Positions 50,904 through 63,915 of a stretch of DNA of 63,915 bases are shown here, in pieces. The DNA comes from Geosiphon pyriformis uo1 (taxonomy: Eukaryota; Fungi; Glomeromycota): positions 276,923-340,837 of the forward strand of contig JAAOMT010000553.1 in the NCBI GenBank assembly GCA_016748015.1, read 5' to 3'. A program made the position numbers and the translations under genes. Numbering within the stretch: the stretch's first letter is position 1; every line of letters begins with the position of its first letter. The notes beneath the pieces are model-generated. The model worked only from the letters and a program-made list of their open reading frames with translations, was not told the DNA's origin and did no database searches.

Positions 50904-53351
50904 ATGGTTTTCAAACCTGTCTTATCATCAGCAACTATCTCGGGAGGAACAACAAATCATGTGACGACAACACAAAATACTCAAGCTGCACATTTACCAA
51001 CAGTTTCAACGGCCATGTTAATGTCACCTAATGCGACACCTCTAAAGTCTACACCATCTTCTTCATCTTTTACTCCCCCGAATGCAACACAACAAACACC
51101 AATAACTGTAAATGCAACAACTCAAAAGGATCAAAAAGAACAAAAAGTAATTGATGGTGCCGTTAAAAAGATTCCTACGCCCAGGAAACGTAAGACCCCT
51201 ACAAAGGCAAAGGCAAAGGCATCAAAAATATCAACGGTTGCAACAGATGGCACAACAGCTAATGAGTCAAAACCACCAACATCAAGAGGCAAAAGAGGCA
51301 ATGCAAAAAATGCAAAAAATAATTTAAATCATGAGGAAATTAATGGAATAGATTATAAACAATCACATACTAGTCAAGTTACTCCAAAAAATACCGTTAC
51401 TGATATTATGACTCCAAATGAAGATTATGATCAACCTGAAATAGTGAATTCACCGGGACAGCAAGGTCCAAATCCAGATAATTCACGAAAGAGAAAAAGC
51501 GCTTCAACCGGTCAAAGTTCCGCTCCTGAACAATCTCTCCCTGAAACCGTTCCTCTTACAATTACAGAAAAAAAAGCCAAGCGCCCAAAAAAGATAAAAG
51601 ATCCGAATGCCCCCAAAAGACCAATGAATTCTTATATGGAGTTTTGTCGTGCCAAGAGGTAAATCTTTTACCAAAGTCAGAAATATTGAGAAAAAGAAAT
51701 TTTCCTCTTACATGATAAACTTAGACCGGAAATTCGCAAAGAAAACCCAGACCTTAAATATGTCGATATTGGAAAAATTCTTAGTGAAATGTGGCGAAAA
51801 ATGTCAGATTCAGAGAAAGAGGTAAATTTTATCATTGATACATTTTTGATGATTTTATATTTGTTCTGCCAATCTGAATATTTTTAAATTTGGCTCTAAA
51901 TCTATTTCAATGAAAAGCCCTATCACGAAGCAGTACGTATTTCCAAAGAACGATACGCTGAGCAGTGCAAGGCTTATCAAGCGGTATTTATTTTGGATAC
52001 CCCGGAGTTATTATATGGTGTAATTTTTGCAACCATATTTATTAAGATTTTTTCCTTTTTATGTATTTAACAGAGTCAAGTTACTGCTACCACTGATGAA
52101 ACGCCACAATTAGCTTCCATACCCTTTGCTAAATCGCAAGAATCAGAAGCAATAGTTCTTCCCCACATTCAAAATATGATCACTTGTGAGCAACAAAATT
52201 TCAACCCACTCGTACAACAGATCAGCATCTCTCAAAGCAACAACTCGATCTTAACATCCCCAATCAAATCGAGAATCGAATCAAATTTGGATGACGAAAG
52301 CTTTCCCTTTTCACAATCCCCTCCTACTCAATATGCCACCTCGCCCAATACAATTTCTAATATTCCGATAATGCCTATGTCAACATATCCCAATTCGTTG
52401 GTTCGCCCTGCGGAAACTTTTCTTAGTAATAGTGGTTATGATATGAACAGGGAATTTGAGAAAGATTTCGCCGAGATGGATCAAATGGATGACCAAAATT
52501 TTAAAACTACAAATGAGGAAATCAACAAGGTCAATCTTACTCGGGAGGAATTAAAAAAGGATGAATTAATAAATCCTGATTTAATTAATGTCCATCAACC
52601 AGTCGAAAGTAAGGGATCTCCGGATTTCAAATATCAAGACTCTTTTGAAAGCCCTACGCCTATGTTTGAAAACTCGACCAACCATCCGAAAGAGCCCAGG
52701 TTTCCGGTAAAGGAAGAACCTCTTAGTCCACTTCTTTGCCAGCCATATTGTCCCCCATCAGCTGTTGGTACGAATGAGTTTTTTCTTAAAAAAGGAAAAA
52801 GCAAAAGTGATATTGAAAATTATTTATCAGGTTCATCAAAAGAAGAAATACCACCTGAGCAAAACTGCGAAACGACAGCATTACGCTCAGCCCATTCTGC
52901 TCCTCATCTCCTTCAACCAATGCGAACCACTTTGAAGCATATGAATTCAAATGAGATTTACGCAATCAATCAATCTTCTGTAATAGATCAAAAGCCGACT
53001 GAAAACTTAATTTCCCATCAACAATTAATTTCAGAACGAATGATGATAACACCACAAGAGTTCGAGCACCAACAAGCAATGCGCCGACAAAAAAGAGAGG
53101 CTCAATCGCAAACCATTCTAGACCAGATCAATTATCAAACTCAAATTGGTTCAATGCCACCTCAAACAGTTCAGACAATGCCACAATCTCAATGGACCAT
53201 TCCTCAAAACACGATGTCTAATCAAAATCAAAATCAAGGAGTTTCTCAACAAATTCAACAATTTGTATCACCTGGTCAATCCCAATCTATATATAATCAA
53301 CAAATGTTAAATTCAAACGAGGGAGAATGGGAGATTCCAAGAGGATTTTAA
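50904..53351 (+). CDS. HMG-box protein (HMGB/NHP6-type box) with long disordered flanks and Gln-rich C-terminus (731 aa)
   Basis: Exons 50904-51658, 51725-51821, 51918-51983 and 52074-53351. Box sequence KDPNAPKRPMNSYMEFCRAKRPEIRKENPDLKYVDIGKILSEMWRKMSDSEKEPY. Confidence 0.88.
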
Positions 53352-54415
53352 AATCTCCTTTCTTCAATTAGATAGATTCAAAAGCTAATACATTAATGGG
53401 TCGGGTAAAAACTAGATGTTCAATATTTAATTTATCAAGTAAAAAATGTATAATAATTTTAAAAGAAGTTTCAATGAGCATCTAATATGTACTTTACATG
53501 TACATAAGGGTAGGTAGTGTAGAACTAATTTATTAAAAATTAGGTTGGCGATGAAATAAAAAAAATTGAGTTTGAGCTCGGTTCAGAAAACGCTGATTAA
53601 AAATTTTTTTAAAATATTTATTATTTCGAAAAGCTTTCATCTTAGCTTTTCTTCAAGTCTTGGAAAATTCACGAAAATCTTTATATAATGCCTGGAAAAG
53701 AGAGGAAAATTTTCCATTGTAAAATTTTTATTTAGTTTTTGGAATGAAATTCTCATTATTTCTCAGTTCTAGCATACAGTATATTGGATCAAATAGGTGA
53801 GTAATATATTACTCTGTATCAAAAAAACCAAGACTCAATTTTAACATTTGATAAAGTTATTATTAAGAAAAATAAGTTAAATTTTGGAAATTTTTGATAG
53901 ATAAAAAATCAGGTTAACTGTTTTTTTAAACAATCAGAGCCACGAATATTAAAATATCTATACCAGAAGTTTTTATTTAAAAATTAAATTTTTTTTAAAA
54001 TAAAATAAAACATACTTATAAAAGCTTTGATTCATAATTCATTTACAAATGACTGTATATTTTTCTTTAATATCTTAAAAATTCTCCATTTTATTGTACC
54101 AAATAATGAACAATATATATTTTAATTTAATATATATACATATTATACACAAGAATATTCGATTTTTCAAAAAAATAAATAATATTTTTATTTTTAAACT
54201 TTTTTATTTATTTATTTATTTATTTATTCGAAAAAAATGTATTTGCTAACGTTTTTTTTTTTAATAATTTAATCGTGTATTGTGATTAAAGCTTTTATAA
54301 TATAAATGAATGTAAAAATCAAGGAACAAATTAAAATTAATAATAAATATATAATAAGTATTTGTAAAAAGAAAAATATATATATGACTTGTGTGCAGAT
54401 AATTTTTGGGTTTTG

Positions 54416-54416
<1 letters not shown>

Positions 54417-54470
<54 letters not shown>
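54417..54470. repeat. (TTA)n microsatellite
   Basis: Direct trinucleotide run immediately left of the pogo element. Confidence 0.95.
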
Positions 54471-54471
<1 letters not shown>

Positions 54472-54489
54472 AAGAATTTTATTAAGGTA

Positions 54490-56755
54490 CAGTCAGACCT
54501 CCACAAAAGAACCCTCGATAAAAGGACAACCTCTTACAAAGAACAATTTTTTATAGAATCAATTGATTAATTAACAATTTTCCCTTTATATAAGAACAAT
54601 CTATAAAGGAACAAGAACATAATTTTATCAAATATTTATTCGAAATTTACCTTCATATAAGAACAAATATCATGTGCTAGATGTTTAATTGGTAATTGGG
54701 AAAAGAGTTAGAACGTATTGAATTGAATTTATCCTAACTTTCTTTTAAATCGATTTACATTGGACTTACTCTTTTTAATCTTGTCTGTTTTCACATACAG
54801 CCACTTAGCCTTTATTGTATTCCAATTCAGGCTTGCTAAAACCAAATCTAATATTATTATTATAGGCACATTTTCTAACAGACTTGCTAAATTATGACAA
54901 TGTCAGAATTTTTATTTAAAAAACAAAAATGAGCAGTAGTTAATGATGCTCTTCATAAAGAAATTTGTCAATATTTCAAAAATCACTATGGCACGAAACA
55001 TGATGATATTGTAGCTTACTTCAATCATAAATATCCAGAACTTCATATTTCTTGTCCAACTGTCTCCAAGATAATCAAAGAGCATGCAAAGTGGTTGAAT
55101 ATTGAAATTGATGAAATCTCAGAAAGATCTATTCGACACAAAAGCGTTAAATTTCCATTATTAGACCAAGCTTTAAGTTATTGGGTAGAACAAGTAACTG
55201 CAGCCACTATTGAATTCAATGATCAATTAATTAAAAAGAAAGGAAAAAAATTTGCCAAACTTCTTGGTATACACGAAAATGAAATACAATTCTCAAATGG
55301 ATGGGTTCAGAAATTCAAAAAATGAAACCAGTTACGTGTTTACCAATTTCATGGTGAAGCAGGAAGTGTATCAACTGAAAGTTTACCAGAAGAACGAAGA
55401 AAATTAAAAACCATTATATCCGAATTTGATCCTGCTGACATATATAATGCTGATGAAACAGGATTATTTTTTCGTATGGAACCAAATCAAACACTTGCAA
55501 AACGTCGAAATGCAGGAAAAAAATTGGTATATTATATTTACCAATTGTTATCGTTATATCTTATTGTTATATTAAATTAATTGGGTTTTTTATAGGATAA
55601 ATCTCGGATTACAATTCTTCTTGCTACAAATTCAACTGGATCTCACAAATTGCAACCTTTAGTAATTGGACATGCAAAAAATCCAAGATGCTTCAAAGGA
55701 ATTAATACTTCCATCTACCTGTGCTTTACAAATTCAATTCCAAAGCATGGATGTGCTCAGATATATGGAAAGCATGACTTAAATATATAAATAAAGGCTT
55801 TTGAATTCAAAATCAGCATATATTACTTTTCATTGATAATGAAATTTCTCATTATACTCAAATCGGGAAAGATTCATTCCAATTAACCAATATTACTTTG
55901 CACTATTTTCCTTCAAATACTATATCATATCTTCAACCAATGGATGCTGGCATTATCAAATCTTTCAAAGGCAAATATAAGCACTTATATTATCAACATA
56001 TTTTACATCAATTTGAACAAAAAATTAATATTGAACAGTTAAGTAATATAATATATACAGTATTATTATCATTATATATTATATAATTTTATCTAATATT
56101 AATTTATTTTTTAAAAATAAATTAAACATAAAACAAGCAATTAATTATGTTGTTCAATCATGGTTTCAAGTAACACCTATTACAATTCAAAACTGTTGGC
56201 AAAAAACGGATATTCTTTTTTATAATCAAGAATTAGAAATTCAAGAATCCGAAACATCAATTGCTATGGATATATTCAACAATTTACCATCAAATGCAAA
56301 ACAATTGGTCAAAAATCTCGAAGATTATACTGTAGCAGTTGATGAATTATTGGCAACTGAAAATATTCTTGATGATAATGAAATTGTAGATATGGTTTTA
56401 GCAGATGCTCAAATTGAAACCAATACAATTAATGACTCAGAAGAAGAATGAAAAGAATCTCCATCTGCTATAATTACAATTACAGAAGCATATGAAGCAT
56501 TAAAAAAGGTGATTAAATTTGAAGAACAATTAGCAGAAGTAAATTTTAGTATAGAAAACCAAAATTTACTTAGAAAAAAATTATATGAATACGAAAAAAT
56601 GAAAATTCTAAAAAACAGGTAAAAATTAATCAATATTTTAATAATAATAATTTTGATTTAATAAATAAATATAGTTTATTTGATAATATTATAAAACTCT
56701 AAAATGGAACATAATTTGCATGTCCCAACTGTGTTCTTTTATAGAGGTCTGACTG
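54490..56755 (+). mobile_element. pogo/Tigger (Tc1/mariner superfamily) DNA transposon with decayed CENP-B-like DDE transposase
   Basis: 23-bp TIRs CAGTCAGACCTC(C/T)A(C/T)AAAAGAAC (21/23 match), TA target duplication at 54488-89 and 56756-57, and subterminal AAGAAC repeats. Motifs FSNGWVQKFK, YNADETGLFF, IDN and LQPMDAGII; stops and frameshifts. Confidence 0.95.
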
Positions 56756-57424
56756 TACACACATATATTTTATATTTTTGAAAATTAAAAAAAAAACTAT
56801 TTGTATTAAAAAAAATAACAAAGATACTTTATTGTTATTAATTATAAAAATGAAAAAAAAAATTTCGAGTAAAAATTGGAATAACCAAAAAAAAAAGAAG
56901 TAAAAATTTAAAGAAATAATTTTTTTTATAATATTAATTACAATTAGTTTATTCAATGTTATTTTTAACACAGGATTTTGATAAATAAATAAATAAATAA
57001 AAACCTTAAAAAGGTTTAAACACTTTACATCTAATTAAAATAAGATATTTAATTAAAACTGGTTATAAAAACTAGTTTTTATTTATTATCAAGCAGAAAA
57101 AATTAAAAGAGATATTTCCTTAATATATTTAAAAAAAAAATTTTTTTATTAAAATGATAATTAATAAATTAAAAAAAAACTTGATTTACTTTAAAATAAA
57201 AATATTTTATTATAGTTTTAACTAAAAAAAAGATTATGAGGCTTAAAAGTAAGCGAGAATAAAATATAATAAATTGATCAATGAATAAAATATATATTTT
57301 AACATTATTAAAATGAAGGAATAAAAATATAGTTTAAATTTTTTAATATAAAAAAAGTTATCTAAATTTATTCACTATAAAAACATCAATTAATTTAATG
57401 AGAGATGAACGATCACAATTATAT

Positions 57425-58355
57425 CTATGAATATTTGTCTAAATATGATAGATAGTAAGAGAAATAAGTATTATACAAGATAATAAACTTATTAATTAAT
57501 TATAGATATATTTCTTACATTCAGGCAAATTGACTAATTCTTTTATAAATTCAGTATTTTGATTTTTTATGTTGTATATAAATAAGTAGTAATTGGATAA
57601 CACTTATTTAAAATATAACATATAAATTTTTATTTAAGATTTTAATAATAATAATTTTTTTTAAGAACAGAAAAACTTTAAAATTAAAATTGGCAATTTT
57701 AAAAATATTATGTTTCAAAATAATTTCGATTTTTTTAAATCGTACTTTATACTTTTTTTATTAAAATTAATATACATATAAAGATAATATTAAACTTATT
57801 TTTAAATACTAATAATACAATTAAACAGAAATCAATAATAAAATTTATAATGAAATGTTGCAAAATAGTGATAAACTGTTTAAAAAAGTATATTTACATT
57901 TGTCTTATGGGGAAATATTTGACATTCTACTCATTGGTTTGATAAATCAGAGATCATATGAGCTTTAGTTGTTAGGTTTATTCTCTTGCAGTAACCTACA
58001 GTTAGACAATATCTTATATAATCGGGAATTTAAAACATCAGGCTAAGTGAATATTGTTTTTTAGGTGTGAAAGAATACTTTATAAAAATTGATATTGAAT
58101 GAATGAATTTAATATTATTATTATTATTATAATTTGAAATTAAAGGTTATCTAAAATATATACTGATGAAAAATAGCATAATCATAAAATTCAATATTCT
58201 AAAATTTTTTATTACCTTTAGGCAAATAAATTAATTCTTTTGAAAAGTAAAGTAAATTAAAGTAAATTGTTAATATACTGTATAATAATTTAAATCAATC
58301 AATATAACAATAGATAAACTAACATTTAGAAAAATCAACCATCTGTGCAATTAAA
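57425..58355 (-). pseudogene. Two additional stacked copies of the kinase terminal microexon + last-exon module
   Basis: AAG|AATTAATTTATTTGCCTAAAG|GT at ~58216-58239 with a last exon at ~58150; AAG|AATTAGTCAATTTGCCTGAAT|GT at ~57519-57542 with a last exon at ~57438. Confidence 0.7.
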
Positions 58356-58359
58356 AGAC

Positions 58360-60096
58360 TTATAAACTGCTCCTGGATGAATGCTTTGTTGTTGTTGTCG
58401 CGAGATTTGCTATCTCATCACGTTTCTTAGTTTTTTTAAGGAATCGAAAATATTTTGAAAATCTTCCTAAAGGGTTTGTGGTCGAGTCGGTCTTTAACAT
58501 TTCTTTTATGAATTCATCTAAATATAAGTAAAGGAAATAAGTCTTATAAAAGAGAATAAAGATGAATAATAGATATTATTTCTTACCTTGAGGCAAATAT
58601 ACTAATTCTTTTAGAAAACAAATTAATGTAAAATTTTAATATATATTAAGATATATTAATCTAAATTAAATAAACAAACCTTTTGAAAAATCAACCATCT
58701 GTGCAGTTAAAAGACGACTTGTATAAACTGCTCCTGGATGAATGCTCGTTGTTATTATTGTTTCCGAGCCGTTCTTTTCCATTTCTTTTATGCATTTATA
58801 TGATTCTAAAAACTGTGCGATTTCAGGACTTAGAGTTTTAGACTCTTTGGTATATTTTAAATACATCGCCCAAAGTTTCCTCAACTTCTTGTAAACATCC
58901 CAAGCAGTAGGACGATTCTCAGGATTAACATCCCAACATTTTACAATTATTTCAGCAATTGAAGATGGAATAAGTGGGGAGGTAATCTTAGGTCTTTGAC
59001 CATTTAAAATATCCATGATAAGAAAATGGTCATGAGAACGATTATGAAAAGGAGGCTTTCCTGTTGCTAATTCCCATAATAACATGCTAAAACTATAAAT
59101 ATCGCCAGCTGTTGTAAACGTTTCTCCTCTTAAAACTTCTGGTGGAATGTATGGAATCACTCCATATATCTTTTTTTCCTCTGTTGTTGTTACTTCATTG
59201 TTTACTGGTTGACATAATCCGAGGTCTCCAATTTCAACTATATTTTCATAATATTGTAGAATATTGCCCGAGTGTAGGTCACGATGAACCATACCAGAAT
59301 AATGAATTTGTGAAAGTCCTTCAGCTATATCAGACGCGATCCCTAATTTATCTTCCCAACTCGTAGAGTGAAAATTTTTCGACAAATATTTTCGCATGTC
59401 TCCCTCTTCGGCAAACGCCATTACAATTCCATACTCGAGTGTTTCAGCGTTATGCGTAATTCCATAGTTTAAAGAGATACTACCTAAATTGCCACCCTTA
59501 ATTGTCATAGCTCTTTGAATATTTAACTATCAACATAGTGTAAAAAAGTAAATAAATAATATAAATGAATAGACGATAATATACAGTAAATAAATAATAG
59601 TTAAACATGAATTAAAGATAAATAAAATTAAAAATAATAATTTGTTTACCTCTTTAAACACGTCCGAACGGTTCGTTGACATAATTTTTATTGCTACTTC
59701 CTCTGGTCTTCGCCTTTTATATTCCATTGAACCATTATGTTTTATGCTCCACTCATCAATTAATCCATCAATTAGTGTTGCTTTATAAATTATACCGAAC
59801 CCTCCTCTAGCAATTTCGTTGATATTCGACAAACACTCCCATGGAATCCATTGATAGTAATTCGAGTTGTCGACACAATTACCATTAGGCTTAGGTGGAA
59901 TATAGATTGGATTCTTAATTATTTCATCAACTAATTTATTGCCGCTTGAGAAGTCACGGTAAAGTTTTTCAAAAAATAGGAAATGGCATAAACTACAAAA
60001 ATTATTAGAGTTTTCTTTAATACTCTTTTGACAGTATGAACACCTGTTGCAATCATGAGCATGTGGACGATGTCTTTTAATTTCTTTGTTTTCCAT
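58360..60096 (-). CDS. TKL kinase with Cys/His finger, copy G, with extended chimeric last exon
   Basis: Exon 1 starts at 60096, exon 2 spans ~59526-58680 and the microexon ~58587-58607. The last exon (from ~58517) reads DEFIKEMLKTDSTTNPLGRFSKYFRFLKKTKKR...SSL*. Catalytic motifs are intact. Confidence 0.88.
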
Positions 60097-62136
60097 GATG
60101 TGGATAAGTGCGGATAAAGTAAAAATGTGAATAGATTATAATTCGAAGAGGGGTTTTTTAAAGTTTCTATTAATTGTACATTTAAAAAGTAAATTTTTAA
60201 AGGCAGAGTCCCTATTTATGCTGTTTCTCTATGTTAACAAGTTTAACCATGTATATAAATTTAGTGCTATAATACATAGAGGCACCAAACAAAATTCCCA
60301 TCTCGTTGCCTAAACGAGTATTTCAATTTATTTGTAGAACAAACAACAATATTAAATATTTAGGGTTGATGTGAACCATGAAAAATGCAATTAATTAACA
60401 ATTATTATCACTTACACATTAAGACTTAAAATAAAATCAATAAAGGCATCAGAGATTTAAAATTTTAATTGGATTCAACGTGTAAAATAAGTCTATTATC
60501 TTTTAATTTAATTTACTTGATCACTGAATACCATTTCATAATTTTAGAAATTTGAAACCTTAATCTATTTTTTCTTATCAAATAAGGGTAGTATAAATTT
60601 TTGATTTAATTTATTTGATTTAGAACATCTTTATTAATTAAAAATAAATTTTAATTAAATTTTATTTTATTTTAAATAATTTATAATAACTGATTTTATA
60701 TATTGGTTATTTTTGATATTGATTTTGAAACGCCGCCATTAATTTCCATCGGGACTGAAATGAATTTAAATTTTCTCAAAAATATAAAAGTGGTTAGGAG
60801 GTTTAGACTTAATAAAACCATTTCAAAAACAAAATGACTATATGACCGTTATTAAACTTTTTTATTTTAGTGCATCTAATTATTTAAACTTTAAAATTCG
60901 TTATAAAATTGATATTTTATTTAAAAAATTCAATTAAAAAAAATTTTGAAATTTTAAGTTATTGTTTTTTTTTAAATAATTATCATATGTTAATATAATA
61001 TTAGTAAAAAAAATATTAAATATAAATTGTTTATTTTTTTATATAAATAAATTAAAATACAAATATAAAATAAAAAAATATTATATTTTAAATTGATAAA
61101 AAAGATTGTAAATAATTTAAATTTTAAAAAATGAATATTTATTGAATTGAGTTTCATTTCAAGTCTATTGATAATTATCTAAAATATTGATCTTTTTGTA
61201 GAGTAATAAATAATAACCTAAAATTAGAACAATAGTTATAAATTTTAAAATTTATATATAAAGAACTTAATTATTTACTTAAGTTTTTTAACAAGTTAAT
61301 ATTTTTAAAAAACCGAAATGTAAAATTTAATTTTTGAATTTAACTTTTTAATTTCTTTATTTTAATTTTTTATATTTTCGAATATTAAAATTCAATAAAC
61401 ATTTAAGAATTATTTTTAAATTATATGAAATTTAAATTTTGAAAACTACTCTATAAAATACATTAATAAATAAAAAATTTATTTTTAATATATTGGTAAC
61501 CAATAGTTGAGGAATAGCTTTTGAGGGTAGAATCGTTGATTTTTGGCGGATATAATATTATCCGATCGTTTTTGATATTTCCATTGTAATTTTTTTTGGA
61601 AAACTATTTCTTTTTTTGTGTTTTCTGTTGTGTTTTATCTTCAATTTTTTGGATATTCTAATAGATAGTTGACGTGGAAAATTTGCTAATCCTATTTAGT
61701 TTGATTTCTGAACAGACCTCTCCTTCAATAATGCATTAAAACTTGGTGCCGTGTTTTATATTAGACGAAGAAATTTTTTGACTATAATTGAGCAAATATG
61801 GATGGAAAATATGTTTAAAATTTATAAAATGATAACGTATTTTAATTTGAGATTATACAGGACAAATGGTTTGAAGTGTAAATTATTTAATAATAGAATC
61901 GCAAAATTTTAAAATGTATACTGCAGAATATACTTTATTAATTAATTCAAATTGAGCTTTAAATTTTTCCATGGTAAAAAACTAAATTAAGGCTAGCTCG
62001 CAAGATAATTTGAGAATAATATATATATATATATATGCCTAATTAGAATTAAAACTCAATTAACAAGTTTTATGTTAGAAACTCAATATTAATATATTTA
62101 AAAATATAAAATGTTTTATCAATATTTTTACAGAGG

Positions 62137-63458
62137 CTAGTTTTTATTTTTAACTTCACGATTACAACCACTATTTTCTGTCAGTTCATTCAATGCACCA
62201 TAAGTTTCTGAATTGAAACCCTGCAAATATTTTTGACTCAAGAACTGAGAAAGCAATTTAACTTTTCTTTTCAAAACTTCAATCTCATTCATTTGAACTG
62301 CAGACGACGGAGTCGATTGCCATCTCTCATTTGAATGACTCATCGTATCAACTCCCAACATCAAATTATTGTTTAATTCCGATAACGGAGAATGAGAGGG
62401 TGAACATCAAAATTTTGTTGGGCCGAAGTCGGAGAAAGATCATGTAAAATGTCTGCGCATTTAGACTTTGATTTTTGGCGGTTTTTCTTGGCGTCAGGGG
62501 AGCTTTGGAGAAGATATTGTTGGATTATGCCCCAAGACTTAAATTTCCTATTACCAAAAAGAATTAGCCATATCGCAGAAATAAAGTTCAACAAGCCACC
62601 AACAAATGTCAACCCAATTATAAGCTCTCTTTTCTGTATATTTTGTGACCTTGAAAATAATATGAAAATTCTATTTAATCATTAATTGAGGTGTGGGATA
62701 AAGATCTATCATAGAAACTTACCAAAAAATTGATTGGAAAATAAATAATCTCACATATTAGAAATCCTGAAATATCCAGAGACTTTTCATGCTGAAACTT
62801 TTCACTCTCTTTGTACCAGTGACTATTTCTTCTACATCAATCCTCTCAATCGCTTTGAATGTGAGCTTATGCAGCTCACCGTCACTTAATTCGAATGTAT
62901 TCCCGTCTTTATAATTGTCAATTCCTACATATGTGGTATAAAAGAAACCAATTACTTGATCTTTCAAAGGAGTTTGTCGAATTAGATTACGCCAAAATCT
63001 GATTCTAATCGATTCTATTCCTTCTCGTTTATAAATTAATTTCGAGTCATTTGATCGCTGAAATAATAAACATGGAGCTGGATATTCTTCATGAGGTTCG
63101 ATTTAACTCTTGTAGAATTTGATGCTGTCCCATTCATAAAAATATAATCGGAGGCTATATTATTATCCGCCCTTTGATATTCTCTTGTCACTTTTTCTAT
63201 GGCCTTTTCAAATTTTTGCGAGTCCTTTCGATCAAATACCCAAATGTATGCGTCTGGGACTGGAATACCATTGGTATATTTATCATTAAGTAGTGAAATA
63301 GATATTAATGGCTCTTGGTTGTTAAATAATTTTTTAAAGTTTGGGGTTGAGACGGTGGTAATGATTGCACAAAGAGTGATGGAAACTAGAAGACGAATTC
63401 CTAGTTCTGGATTTCGTTTTAAGTAACCTATTTTTCTAAAAAGTTTTGAAAAAAACAT
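62137..63458 (-). pseudogene. Two-transmembrane membrane protein (large extracellular loop), frameshifted
   Basis: TM1 GIRLLVSITLCAIITTV; extracellular loop with N-glycosylation sites; pre-TM2/TM2 YTEKRAYNWVDI-VGGLLNFISAIWLILFG; C-terminal LSQFLSQKYLQGF. At least three frame breaks. Confidence 0.65.
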
Positions 63459-63571
63459 AATTTTCAAAGATAAAATAAAAAATATTTTCTAGCACTAAAT
63501 GCAATGAATATAAAAATTTGAAAATTTTATTTAAAAAAAAAGACTAATATATATAAAAATAGTTTTTGAAA

Positions 63572-63915
63572 ATCTAATATGTTATTAATACAATTTGAAT
63601 ATTTAAATGTTATCTAAAATATATCACTTATGAAAATTGCAACTAATCAAAAATAATAAGAATCTCAAAATAGATAGTATTTACGAATGGATCACAATTA
63701 GATCTATTAAGAGTTACCTAAATATAATAAATAGTAAAATATATAAATAAATAAATAAATATTAAAATATGCCAATTTTATTACAATTTTATTTAACTTC
63801 CTACCTTCAGGCAAATATATTATTTCTCTTTTAGAAAAATCCTCTAAATTTAAGTAAAATAAATGGTTGATATATTAATTTAAATTAAAGTTTATTGCTT
63901 GAAGTAAATGAACAA
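63572..63915 (-). other. 3' end (intron, microexon, last exon, flank) of a further kinase copy H running off the window
   Basis: The reverse complement is near-identical to 40283-40636 (end of copy D). Confidence 0.9.

Noticed and set aside
50904-53351. Mating-type (MATA_HMG/SexP) locus
   Set aside because: The box has the HMGB/NHP6 signature DPNAPKRP..SY..F rather than the MATA type, and no TPT, RNA helicase or homeodomain neighbours are present.
1-63915. CRISPR array, rRNA, tRNA or prokaryotic operons
   Set aside because: None seen; the genes have spliceosomal introns and the repeats are microsatellites or paralogous segments.

Overview
AT-rich, intron-containing fungal genomic DNA. The tandem TKL kinases and the repeat content suggest Glomeromycotina; this is an inference, and the LINE proteins recall Geosiphon-type repeats from memory only (unverified). 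The window has four parts. (1) 0.1-11 kb: a full-length LINE (ORF1 RRM+CCHC; ORF2 APE-RT-RNaseH-ZnF) inactivated only by nonsense transitions, followed by two C>T/G>A-hypermutated relics of a different, ORF1-only retroelement. (2) 12.6-21.7 kb: a compact housekeeping island (OTU deubiquitinase, small basic protein, LAT/SLC7 amino-acid transporter, signal peptide peptidase, MDE1/MtnB). (3) 23.7-63.9 kb: a dispersed array of Cys-finger TKL kinases (3 intact, 3 pseudogenes, several fragments). (4) Interspersed with the array: a third ORF1-only element, two small secreted protein genes, an HMG-box gene, a pogo transposon and a two-TM membrane-protein pseudogene. The most novel signal is a family of about 1.5-2.2 kb ORF1-only retroelements that end in the same ~100-nt structured 3' element as the autonomous LINE, consistent with a LINE/half-LINE partner system. 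These elements are being erased by RIP-like transition hypermutation that largely spares the near-identical kinase duplicates.
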